A stretch of 64,000 bases of DNA, taken from the NCBI GenBank assembly GCA_023213395.1, contig CM041465.1, forward strand, positions 101,439,741 through 101,503,740, written 5' to 3'. The position numbers and the translations under genes are program-made. Origin of the DNA: Cycas panzhihuaensis. Lineage: Eukaryota; Plantae; Cycadophyta. Below, piece after piece: positions 41,097 through 56,424 of the stretch. The notes beneath the pieces were generated by a model. It worked only from the letters and a program-made list of their open reading frames with translations. It made no database searches and had not been told where the DNA came from. Positions within the stretch are counted from its first letter, which is position 1. Every line of letters starts with the position of its first letter.

Positions 41097-41960
41097 TTAA
41101 AATGATAGATTTAGGACTTATGCATTATTTCTTAGGTATTGAAGTATGGCAAGATGGAAAGGGGGGTATTTGTATCACAAAGGAAATACACATTGGACAT
41201 GTTATATGAATTTGACATGGATAGTTCCAAGCCACTTATAACATTAGCAAAAGTTGGGCTAAAATTATTTAAGTTTAAGGAGTCCAAATTAGTTGACCCT
41301 ACTCTTTATAGGAAGTTGATTAAGAGCCTTATTTGCTTGACTTCAACTTGACTAGACATTATGTATGTAATCAATGAGGTTTCCAAGCTTATACATGAGC
41401 CTAAGATAAAACATTAATAACCAACCAAAAAGATTCTCATGTATCTCAAAGGCACTATCAAGTATGGATTACATTACAGATCAATAGATGATTATAGGTT
41501 GATTGGTTATATAGACTCATATTGGAAATGTTGTGTAGAAGATAAAAATCCTACTTTAGGTTATGTATTTAGTTGGGGTTTAGTAGCAATAGCATGGAGT
41601 TCAAAGAAATAGGCAATGCTATCTCTTTTTACTATAAAAGTATAATATAGGGCATTTGTACTAGGAGCTTATGAGATAATTTAACTTAGGAGATTACTTT
41701 AGGATTTGGAGGAGGGACAAATTAGTCCCACATAGCTATTTTATGATAACCAAAGTATAATATAGATGACTAGGAATCTAATGTTCCATGGCAAGACTAA
41801 GCACATTAAAACATAATATCACTTCATTAGAGAGCTAGTATAGAAAGGTGAGTTGGAGTTAATCTATTGCAGCATTAAGGATTAGATGGTAGATATCTTC
41901 TTAAAGACACCTAATAAAATAAAATTCAACAAATTCAAAGATAAGCTTAGAGTCTCCTCA
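39499..41960 (+). pseudogene. gag-pol: Copia B integrase core, RT and RNase H remnants
   Basis: LIYMDLCGPM and LRLDNGGEF (INT); KWVYKTK, HQVDVKSAFLN and LYMDDLVY (RT); AWSSKK, YDNQS and HGKTKHI (RH). A (TA)n run interrupts RT at ~41057-41092. Confidence 0.93.
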
Positions 41961-42211
41961 AATTGGTATTATGGAGGAGAAATGTTAAGATAGTGCCCAC
42001 ATTGGGGCCATTCCCAAATCTTTATATGTTAGAGATTGAATGCATTTATTAACCTAGGCAGTAGTAGACTTTGAGGCATGTGCCCAAAGTCTTGCCTATT
42101 TATTTACAGCATCCTATAACCCTAGTGTTTTTTTAATATCACCGTCTTGCTCAAAGTATTTTGTCTCTTCTTGCCTTACCTTTCATATGTATTTGCTCTT
42201 AATAACCTACA

Positions 42212-44192
42212 TCAAAAACCCCAAGTTTGTTGAGGGGCTTCAAATTACCTCAAATAATACAATTGAATTCCTAGCATTAATTTATGGATTAGCTTTAGTA
42301 ATGAATGCCAAATTTAAGTAATTATAAATATTGAGAGATTCTAAGATGGTAATTGAGGTTGTGATGAATAATAAATCTCCTTTTAGCATACACATGAAGT
42401 CTCTTCATCATGAAGTCATAAGTATGACTAAAAGATTTCAAAGTATTACTTTCCACCACATATTGCATCAATATAATACTTAAGTAAATGATTTAACTAA
42501 TAAAGGTGTTTCTCTTATGTAAGGTAAGATTAAAATTTTTAAGGGACCCATGATTTCTAAGATTAGGTCTTATTGATAATTGATTGTAAGAATATTAGGT
42601 ATGGCTTAGTAGGTAGAAGATTAGTGTTGTATACATGGACATTATGCCTAATTGCATATAATGTCATTATGAGATTTGTGGGGGGAGGTATTTGAACATT
42701 GGTATAGATGGCTTCATTCACACATAACTTTTTCCAAGCTTAAATGGTTTTAGAATAAGGTGGTGGTAGATCTTTAGGCAAGGATCATTTTATTTATCTT
42801 TGCATTTGTGCAACTTTACAATGGGAGTTGTGGACATTATTAATAACTTATGAAGGAGTAGGATCAACCTAGCATGATTGGTATACCCATGTTATTTGGA
42901 TTGACCCCAATGTATTTTGTTGATTTAGTTTATTAGCACTCTACGTTCTTGTTCTTTAGCTCATGATACTTATATGGTAATGATGTTTGATTCTACTATA
43001 AGTTTGATCAATCTACAATTATTAATACATGAAGGGATGTTAATAAGAGCTCAAAGTTATGTTGTCATAGGTTGTTGGGAGTTGTCCTAGTGTTATATTG
43101 ATAATATTTGATGGGTCAGCATGATTGTTGATCTAATTAAGCTTATTGGAATACATTGGTCTATGGTGGATAAGCATGGTGAGGTGGCCATCTATGTGTT
43201 TAGATAAGTATAAGTTGTAGGTGTAAAGCAAAACTAATTCTCTAGTGGGATGTAAGAGTCATCTGTGGGAAAATGAGGGTAATTATATATAGTACTCTAT
43301 ATATTTCATAGTGATATCTTCTTACATTTAGCAAACAACTTCCTATATTACATGATGATCGACATATAGAGTTTTTTGTTTAGTGAATATATATTGATTG
43401 ATAAGCTTTAACTTGACTAGCAATGAGCATTCATTGTCTTGTGATCAACATACACCTAAACATCATACTTGATCAATAGTTAGAGTAATATGACCATATA
43501 TTTTCCTTTAGTTAAGTTTGGATAATAGTGGTAATTTTGGTGTTATGTATATTTTAGAGTAGAGGTCAAGAAGGAAGACATTCATCAACCTAACTTTTGA
43601 AATCATATGGGGTTAAAGTCAAGTCTCTAGAAGTTCTATGTTTACTACCACTTCAAAGTCATCATACCATTAGCAAGATTATGATTATAGTCATGGTGAT
43701 TCAATGTTAGTTACTTAGTATGTGCATGCTTATGGAGGTATTAGAGTGAAATATTAAGCACCATAATGTTTGATGGTGGCATGGATTGGTTGCATGCTAT
43801 TATTAGTACAAGCATATAATCTAGTGATCAAAGCTTAAGGTATTTATGGTAATGGTGGCTCGATATATAGTTGTTATCAATCATTGAACATGATAGTTCA
43901 TGGTGTCTTTGGTAGTACTAATTTAGCATTCCAACTTTGTCATTGGTTATTAAGGATTAATGAAGATGTTAGTAAGTGTTAATGGGCTTTTATGGACATT
44001 TTATGTTTTGTGTCTATCTCAAGCAATTTAGAGGGTTTGAGGCTAGTTAATAGAGTTATCTTTGAAGTGGGTGATGTTAAGTGCAAATCATGGGTGATTT
44101 TAGCAAAATAGATTCCCCTCTCTTATGGCATCTAATGCTAAAGGGTCAAGCCCACTTTACACAGATTTTACCTATCAAGAAACAAAAATAAA
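42212..44192 (+). mobile_element. Continuation of the L1 LINE: remainder of RNase H, long 3' region and decayed poly(A) tail
   Basis: TSNNTIEFLALIYGL..ILRDSKMVI..ITFHHILHQYNT*VNDLTNKG (42212-~42510) continues the RNase H cut at 10277. TTTTACCTATCAAGAAACAAAAATAAA at ~44166-44192 resembles plant L1 3' ends. The 3' boundary is less certain than the RNase H. Confidence 0.72.
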
Positions 44193-45613
44193 GTTTATTT
44201 TATTAGACTTAAGTAGTCCCTCAATACTTAAGACTTATCTTTCATTTGTATTATGATGAAATGTTGGATTCTCTTCTAAAATTTTCACACTCTAATTATT
44301 GTAGAACAATGAAGTAGACAAATTCTATTGATTATTTATATATATTAAGATCCTTTCTTAACTCATATCAAATCACACTCTACTACAGTGATTACTTTTA
44401 TTTTTCACTTCTATGCATGAGAATGTGATGATGTTGTTATTTTCACATTGCTCCATGAAATGATGCTTAAATTAAGGCTAAGATACTATAAATAAATAGT
44501 ATAAAATTTATAACTTGTATATATACCAACCTAAAGTAGCATGCGCTTAATATATCTTATTATCCTTTTAGTTGCTTTAAGTGTGTTGCCATTTATTCTT
44601 CTTCTTTTTATTTTCTTTTTTTTAATTCTTAAAACAAAAATAGTCTTGACCCTCTAAATATAGATTCTTCAAGGCTAAATGTAAGCTTTAACTACTTTTA
44701 ACATTTGAACTATATTAAATTTATTGATATCTATATAAAGAAATCATCATTCACTATAATACATAGATAACCAAGCATTATAACTATCAATTTACTAAGA
44801 AGTCCTTCATGTACATGGTTTATCAACATATTTATTTTATTGTCATGTAAAAACCCTTCTATACATCGATGCTACATAGATGATAATCAAAGTTATCTTA
44901 GGAGTGAATTAAAATGTTTGACTAGATAAAGGATAATCTAAACCACTTAGCATTCAAGAACTAGTCAAACTACTTAGTGAGATAATATTTATGTATCATC
45001 TTTTACCTTGCTATTTTTTAATAATATTTTGATTAAAATTTTCCTCTAATAAATGATCTAAACTTCACATAGAAAAAAAATCAAAGCTACCCTGGGAATA
45101 GTTTAAAGTACTTAAACTAATAGATAATTATGCTCAAGAGGAGAATAGTATGATGCTATGCTTATTGATGTTTTTGTCCACCAAATGGTACAAAGTTCAT
45201 ATATTATCCAATTTATTTAAATACACTCTAACTAAAACATGCATCAAACTATATCAAAAGGCCATATGAAGTCAATTTAAAAAGCATAATATAACTCTAG
45301 TTCAAAATACTTAATCACAAATTAATTATTATTTAATTATAATATATAGTTTTTTAAGCTCACGGAAGATGTTAAGCACATTGTCACACATTTAACTTCA
45401 TGTACTTCATTTCAAAAAATCAATATCAAAAGTTTGATCTCTAATAATAGTTTTGAAATTTGTTTGTATTCTCTGCATTGCTATGGATCTTCTAATCAAT
45501 CTGTAAAACTTCTCTTAGATTATTAAATCAATAAACCCAAGCTATTAAAATTCTTATATGCTATATTTAGGTACCATATGCAAATATATATAAAAATTTG
45601 ATAAACCAATACT

Positions 45614-48600
45614 TGTTGAGTATACAAGGTCACAAACTTTAAACCGCCATAAGATCTGAACTATTTTGCAACTAGTTACAGGAATCGAAACTAAGATTTA
45701 ACATGCAAGTTCTAAAATCAGAGATAATACAATAACATCCATATACAAGCTAAACATCACATATGCACCCAATATAACATGGTAAAACCCTAGCAGTGTG
45801 CTAGGGAAATATCCACATAGGAAAGGTATCGATCTTTATTGCTGTAGAATGGAGAAACAGTACATCTCAGTAGTAGAGTGCTCTCAGGAACAATAACTAA
45901 TTGCCAACCTCATCACAGTACATTACATTACATTACAACATAATAAGAAAAACCCTAAAATAGGCTACATGAGAGGGATATCCAAGGCATAAATCTTAGC
46001 CATAGAATCTAGGGTATTTGTATCGAATGACCCTGATTCTCTTTACATTTTAATAAGGTTTACAGGGCTAATTTTCTGGGTCAGGGGCTATCACCCTCAA
46101 ACCCCCTCTTAGCGGGGGGCGTTCCACTTCCCCCGCACCCCCCAGCCAAGGGGGCTCTCTCCCCCCTTAGAACCCCCTGAGAAAGATTGGGGGAGGAAAC
46201 CACGCCGAAAACATGCCAAAATTTTAGCCTTAAATGATTGTTGTCACAATACCCAATAATCTCCACCTTGATAACAATTTACCCAGTACCTTTCCTAGAC
46301 CCTTCATCATATTTTTTGCAAGCCAAGAGAAGTCAAACACCATTTGAACTTCTCTACTGGTACTGGTTTTATGAATATATCAACATAATTCTGATTTGTG
46401 TGAATCTTCTCAAGTGCCACTCCACCTGCTTCCATAACCTGTCTAACAAAATGGTACTTAAGAGTAATATGCTTTGTTCTACTGTGATAAGCTAGATTCT
46501 TGGCTAAGTAAATGGCACTTTGACTGTTACAAAATACCTTAACATTTTCTTGTCTCCATCCAAGCTCAACCAATAGACCCTATAACTAGATTGCTCCTTT
46601 ACAAGTATGTGCTGCAATAATATATTCAACTTCTATGGTTGACAGTGCAATTGTGCTCTGCAATTTGGACATCCAACTAACTGGACCATTTGCAAGAGTG
46701 AAAACATAACTTGAAGTAGACCTTCTTTTTTTTAAATCTCCTACAAAGTTTGAATCAACATATCCACAATCCTAATTACCTGTACCTCCAAAGGTGATGC
46801 GGTAGTTACTTGTGCCTCTCAAATACTGAAGCACCCATTTCACTGCAACCCAATGTTCTTTCCCTGGATTTGCCATAAACCTTCTAACTACACTGACTGC
46901 ATGTGAAATATCAAGTCTTGTACATACCATGGCATACATTAAACTTCCTACTACACTAGCATAAGGCACACGAGACATATAAGCCTTTTCTTCTTCACTA
47001 CGAAGACTCATATTCAAAGAAAGCTTGAAGTGGGAAGTCAATGGGATACTCACTAGTTTCACATTTGCTATACCAAACCTGGTTAGTACCTTCTCCACAT
47101 ATTTTTACTGTGATAACCATAGCTTACCATTTTTCCTGTCTCTGTGTATCTCCATGCCTAAGATTTGTTTTGCAGCTCCTAGATCCTTCATATCAAAATT
47201 CCTAGCTAGTTGAGCCTTTAGCTTATTAATTTCTTCCATGTTCTTGCTTGTAACCAGCATGTCATCAACATATAATACCAAGATAATGAATAAGCCATTA
47301 TCCATAAATTTGAAGTAAACACAATGATTATACTCACTTCTTTTAAAATTTTAGCTCTTTATGAAGGCATCAAACTTCTTGTACCACTGCATGGATGATT
47401 ACTTCAAGCTATACAATGATTTCCTGAGCCTACAAATAAGTCTTTTCCTGCCATCTTACACAAACCCTTCTAGTTGATCCATATAGATCTTCTCATCTAA
47501 ATCTCCATGTAGAAAAGTTATTTTCACATCTAACTGCTCTAACTCTAAATCGAGAGAAGTTACAAATGCTAACAGCACTCGAACTAAAATATGTTTGACA
47601 ATTGGTGAAAAGATCTCATGAAACTCAATACCTACTTTTTGTGCAAAACCTTTAGCCATGAGTCTTACCCTGTATTTATCAACCTTTCCATCAACATCTA
47701 TTTTCTTTTTGAAAACCCACCTGCAACTAACAATCTTCCTATCATGTGGAAGTCCTACCAAGTCCCATGAATTATTTTTCTTTAAAGCATCTATCTCTTC
47801 CTGCATATCCCTTTTCCACTTCTCACCATGGATATCATCTACTGCTTCTTGACAACATGTGGGCTTATCATATTAGAAACCAAAGCAATAGAAATAGAAG
47901 GGTTGTACTTGTCAAGTGGATGATTAACTCGTGTAGATCTTCTAACTGTTAACAGAGGAGTGTCTATATACTCCTATAAATTTGTTGTTGATTCATCTTC
48001 AAAAAGATCTTCATGCTCTCCTGATTCCATAAATGGCTGCATTTCAAAGTTGACTTGTTGATGTTGACTTCTTTGCTCTATTTCATTTCAACTTCTCCAC
48101 TGTCTAATTTTATAAGGGAAGATTCATCAAATACAACATCTTTGTTCATGGTGATTTTGTAGGCAATAGGATCCCACAACCTATATCCCTTCACACCATC
48201 CTTATCACCATAACTAATAAAGATATATCTCTTGGATTTTGGGTCTAACTTTGAATGTTTACTTTTGTCAATCCAGGCATAAGTATCACAACCAAAAACT
48301 TTTAAATTTGAATAATCACATGGATGTCTAGTACATACCTCTTCAGGAATTTTACAATCTATTGCAAGTGATGGTGATCAGTTTACCAGATAGCAAGTTG
48401 TTTGAATACCTTCTGCTCACAAGCCCTACTCCACTCCTGCATTACTTAGCATACTTCTTGCTCTTTCTAAGAGTGTCCTATTCACGCACTCAGTAATGCC
48501 ATTTTGTTGTGGAGTATAGCTAGTGATCTTATGTTTTTCGATCCCAACTTCTCTACAATAGTTCTCAAATTCCAAAGAGTTGAACTCACCTCTATTGTCA

Positions 48601-50947
48601 GTTCTTAAACATTTAATTATCTTACCAGTGTTGTTCTCAACTAGAGCCTTAAACTACTTAAACATACTAAACACTTCAGATTTCCTTTTTAAAAAATAGA
48701 CCCATACCTTCCTGGAGTAATTATTTATAAATGTGACATAATACAATGATCCTCCACAAGACATTTTAGAGGCTGGTCCCCATACATCTGAATGTATATA
48801 ATCTAGAATGCCTTTACTAGTGTGTCTCCCTACTTTAAACCTGAGTCTACACTACTTTCCAAAAATATAATGTTTACAGAAAGCCAAATCTAAAAGCTGC
48901 AAGTTAGGAAGCATCTTATAGTTTATCAGCACCTTAAGTCATTTCTCACTCATGTGCCCAAGTCTCTGATGCTATAACTGAGCTGGATCTTCTATAGTCT
49001 TTGATGTTATAGCTTCTTGGCTGACATCTGTACTTCCTACTATAATGTAAAGATTTCTTTTCTTTAAGGATTTCATAACAACTAAGGCGCCCTTTGACAC
49101 CTTTAGGACTCCTTCATGACCTGTATGCTTAAAACCACCTGAATCTAATTCACCCAAATATATCAGATTCCTTTTCAAATCAAGTACATGTCTAACCTTA
49201 GTTAATGTTCTGACTACCCCATTGAACATCTTAATTCTGATGCTACCAATGCCAACTGTCTTACAAGAAACTTCATTTCCCATAAGCATATTACCACCAT
49301 CAAGAGGTTACTATGATGAGAACCAACTCTTGTGTGGACACATGTGGTACAAAGCACCTAAATCTAATAACCAGTCATGGTGATAATGAGAAACATTACA
49401 AGCGACCAAGACATCATCATCCATACCTTAATTTCACTCCACCTGATTCGCCTCCTTGGCAGGATCTTCCTTTTTCTGAAACTCCTTCCTTTTGTAACAA
49501 TCCTTCTTAAGGTGACCAGTCTTATTACAATGCCAACACATGAGCTTACTCTTTTTGCCCTTTGACTTAGACCTCTATGTATCCTTGGAGTTTTGTCCTC
49601 TCCCAAACGTTCTACCTCTTACTGTCATGGCTTCTGGTGTGGATGTTTCAAAACTAGATTTCCTTCGCACTTCTTCCATTAGCAAAGCACTCACAACAGA
49701 ATCATAATCTAATACATCTGTAGTGCTAAAACTAATTGAGGTGACAATATTATCCTATGATTTAGGTAATGAGCATAACAAGGTAATAGCCTTATCCTCA
49801 TCCTCAATTTTAATATCAATACTAGTCAACTGACAAATAAGAGTATTGAAAATATTTAAATAGTCAGCAATTTTTATACCTTCCTTCATCCATAATGAGT
49901 ACAGTTTCCTCTTTAGGTAGATTCGATTTGTTACTAATTTGGTCATATATATGCCTTCTAGTCAGGTCCATAATAATATTGCTGTCTCTTCCCCTGCGAT
50001 GTTAAACAAGACTTCATCTGCCAAGCACAATCGTATTGTGCTAAGTGCCTTTTTGTCGAAGTCATCCCAATCATCATCATCCATCCCTGTGGGTCTCTTC
50101 GATTTACCTACAAGTGCTTTGTACAAACCCTACTGTACAAGAATATTATGTGCTTCTAGCTTTCACAACTCGAAGTTGTTCTTGCGATTGAATTTCTCCA
50201 CCTCAAACTTTGCACCTGCTAGTTTCACTATTTTGGTGTAGAAAAGCTGACACCAAAACCTTCACAAACTCGCTGCAAAATAAAAGTGGCTATGATACCA
50301 CTTGTTGAGAATACAAGATCCCAAACTTTAAACCGTCACAAGATCTGAACTATTTTGTAACTAGTTATAAGAATCAAAACTAAGATTTAACATGCAAGTT
50401 CTAAAATTAGAGATAATACAATAACATCAATATACAAGCTAAACATCATATATACACCCGATATAATGTGGTAAAACCCTAGCAGTGTGCTAGGGAAACA
50501 TCCACATAAGAAATGTATTGATCTTTATTGCTGTAGAATGGAAAGCCATTACATCTCAGTAGCAGAGTATCCTAAGGAACAACAACCAGTCGCCACCCTC
50601 ATCACAGTACATTACATTACATTATAACATAATAAGAAAAGCCCTAAAACGGGCTATATGAGAGGGACATCCAAGGCATAAATCTTAGCCATAGAATCTA
50701 GCGTATTTGTATCGAATGACCCTGATTCTCTTTACATTTTAATAAGGTTTACAGTACTAATCTTCGGGTCAGGGGCTATCGCCCCCGAACCCCCTCTTAG
50801 CGGGGGCTATTCCACTCCCCCTGCACGCTCCGGCCAAGGGGGGCTCCCACCCTCCTTGGAAGCTCCCGAGAAAGATTAGGGGGGGAAACCACACTAAAAA
50901 CATGGCAAAATTTTAGCCTTAAATGATTGTTGTCACAATACCCAACA
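45614..50947 (-). mobile_element. Full-length but inactivated Tnt1/Tork-like Ty1/Copia element
   Basis: 645-bp LTRs at 45614-46258 and 50303-50947. TSD ATACT at 45609-45613 and 50948-50952. PBS TGGTATCATAGC (50300-50289) and PPT AAGGTGGAGAT (46269-46259). Confidence 0.97.
46307..50231 (-). pseudogene. gag-pol: gag-pol polyprotein of the Tork-like Copia, broken by stops and frameshifts
   Basis: KFEVEKFN..NNFEL, TNRIYLKRKLYSL, GVVRTLTKVRHV, ELEQLDVK.TFLHGDL, LYVDDML, VPYASVVGSLMYAMVCTR, HSRTKHI. Confidence 0.96.
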
Positions 50948-52117
50948 ATACTCTCACAAATTAGTTATATCATGAATTTACATTTGTCATTAATACTTAG
51001 TACCAAGAACAAGAATTGAGGCCTTTACTTCATAAGCATTTCTCACTGATTTTAAAACCCTACTCTACTATATTATTTTTGGGTTACTTTATCTCTAAAC
51101 AACTTTAGTTATCTCATGTATGAACTATTATATTACACCAAACCACATGCAAAACTAATTTCAATAATTAAAATTTAACTTCTATAGAAAATTAGGTAAT
51201 AATATACCTTTTGCTAACCAGTAGCATGTTTGGGTTGAGAAATTTTTAGGCCTCTAAATCCCTCTAGAAGATGCACTCTAAATTACTAGTAAAAATAGCC
51301 TAAATTTAGATCTGAAGCCCCTCATATATGTTTTTAATTGCTTCTAAAATAAATAAAAAATAGCTTATAAAAAGGTTAAAATTTTGCTTTAGCACCTTGA
51401 AGCGTATGACCACTCTTTAAGATGAAAATAGACTTTGAACCTTCCTAAATGATTCCTTGAAAGTTGAATTCAAATTCCTCTAATGCTCACGATGCCTACT
51501 ATTTATATGAATAACAAACCACAAATATAAATGTTTTGCTTTGTTGTTTTATATGTAGATGACTAATGGAGTCTAAAAATTTTGCATGTAAGCTACCAAA
51601 TCTTTATTTTATGCTTTAAATCAATGCATCTAAATACAAAACATACTAGTTAATATTATGTAAGGTAAAATATTATGTTGCCCTATATTTAAATAATGAT
51701 TAATTTGACATCATCTATAATTGAGCAAACTCACAATACTCATATAAACAAGTTTATATTTTATAACAAGCTTGGCCCCATTACCTCTCTAACACATAAA
51801 AGTAGAGTAAGATAACCAAAAATAGATGGAGGTAGATAGAGTGAATGATGGATGTGAAAAGCACCAAAAGAGAACTAAAGGACACCAAAGTGAATCCCAA
51901 AAAGATTATATTTATCGACATAAGATTACAATGGCTGGGGTGTTGTCTATATAAAAAAATCACCACATTATTATATTATTCTACTGCTAAGCTAACCAAT
52001 CATATATTTCCTCTATTATTAAATACTCATAACCTTAACCTTCTAACCTATTAACCCTCTAACATGTGATGAAGGCTCATCACATGATCTCCCCCCTTAG
52101 ATGCTTTGCCCTTAAAG

Positions 52118-54592
<2,475 letters not shown>

Positions 54593-56424
54593 AAGTAAAT
54601 AAAGTGACCACCACTTGTTGTTGCTAAAATGTCATAACTAGTTATTTGATTATGGTGTTGATGAGAAGATATTATTGCTATAGAACTTGTTGTTAAAGAG
54701 TGATATACAAGTCCATGTAATTGATGATATGAATCAAGAAAGAGTGACTCCTTCATCTAGCTATCAAAACAAAAGAAATATGGGTCCATGGTGTAGTAAC
54801 ATAGGGATCCACAAAAATGATGACTCAAGTATTTATTCAACCTAATTGGAAATGGATTCTCCTCGATGCTTTTATTTCTTTATTATATTATGAAGTGTTC
54901 TTCATCCTCTATATTATCTACATGTTCATTAATAGAGGAAGAGAAAAGGACATTATGATCTAAAATTTTACCTTATGTATTACATGACATATTAACTTCT
55001 TTCAAGGTGACATTATCATTTACAAGAGGAGGGACTTCAATATACTCTTGTTGGCCATCCATAATCCCTTCCTATTTTCCCTCATCTAGTTTATAACGAG
55101 ATGTCTCTTCAACAGCATATTAGCAAAGGCATAAAATTAAGATATGTCAATCTTATAAGCAGTATATATAATACTAGGTTATTGCTTATTAATAGAAATA
55201 ATCATCTAAGAGGAAGTTGGTAACCATCAAGGTCTAACATTCTTCATCATGACCATAGAGTGAATCCTTAAAGAATGTTATAAATATAGTAATCAACTCT
55301 TCAAGATCAATGGAGCCATGAAACTTGAACTCTAAGAGATCATTTGGAATGTTGAAATACCTCCTTTTTTTTTTAGGGGGTGTTTATAGCTAGTTAGCCC
55401 CCTTAATATAATTTTCTTTTCTTTTTTTTCTTTTTCTTTTTTTTTTTCTTTTTTAAAATAAATAAAAGAAAAATATTATGGCCTTAAGAGGAACAGTAAG
55501 CTAGTCAAAGTCTGCCTAGCCTACAATTAATTCTAAAAGGAAATAATAACATAAATACCCATAAAGTAAAAGATTTATATCCAAACTTTACTATCTAATA
55601 AAAGTAGCTCTAAATATATAAAATATAAATCAAAATAATAACCTCTAAATTATAATTATAATAATTTAGATGAAATTAAATTCTGATGCCTATATCCAAA
55701 TATATACCCATTTTTAAAAGGTTTCCTTCTAAGGTTTCTAGGACTACAATAGTACCCTATGATAAAATACTAATAACTTTCTACACATGCCTTAAATCAA
55801 CCTAAAACCACTTCCATTAGAATGTAGACTTCAAAACATATAAAATCAAAAAATATTTAGGGTTGTTTAGATACCTATAGGTAAAGTTATATCCATTTAA
55901 AGTTGAGGTAGCAAATTTGGTTCTAAAGTTGGTGAAAAAAATAGGCCAAAATTAAATCTACTATAATTTTCATACTTTCGCCCAAAAATCTATAGTGTAA
56001 CCACTCAAATTTTAAATAAAAAACTATTTTATCTTAAATTTATTATTTTCTTTTATTTTAATATTTATACTCCTATAAATACCTTCAAACCTTGCATTAA
56101 AGTAGGGGGAAAAAATACAAAATAACCTTGTTTTAGTATCACATATAACAAGCTTGGCTTTGTTACCTCTCTAATATATAAAAATAGAGCAAGATAACCA
56201 AAATAGATGGAGGTGGATGGTATAGATGATGGATGTAAAGAACACTAAAAGAAAACCAAATGACACTAAAATGAACCCTAATAAGATTATATTCCTTGAT
56301 ATAAGATTACAACGGGAAGGGTGTCATATATATAGAAGGAACACCCCATTATTATATTATTCTATTATTAAGCTAACCAATCATATATTTTCTTTATTAT
56401 TAAATGCTTATAGCCTTAACCTTC

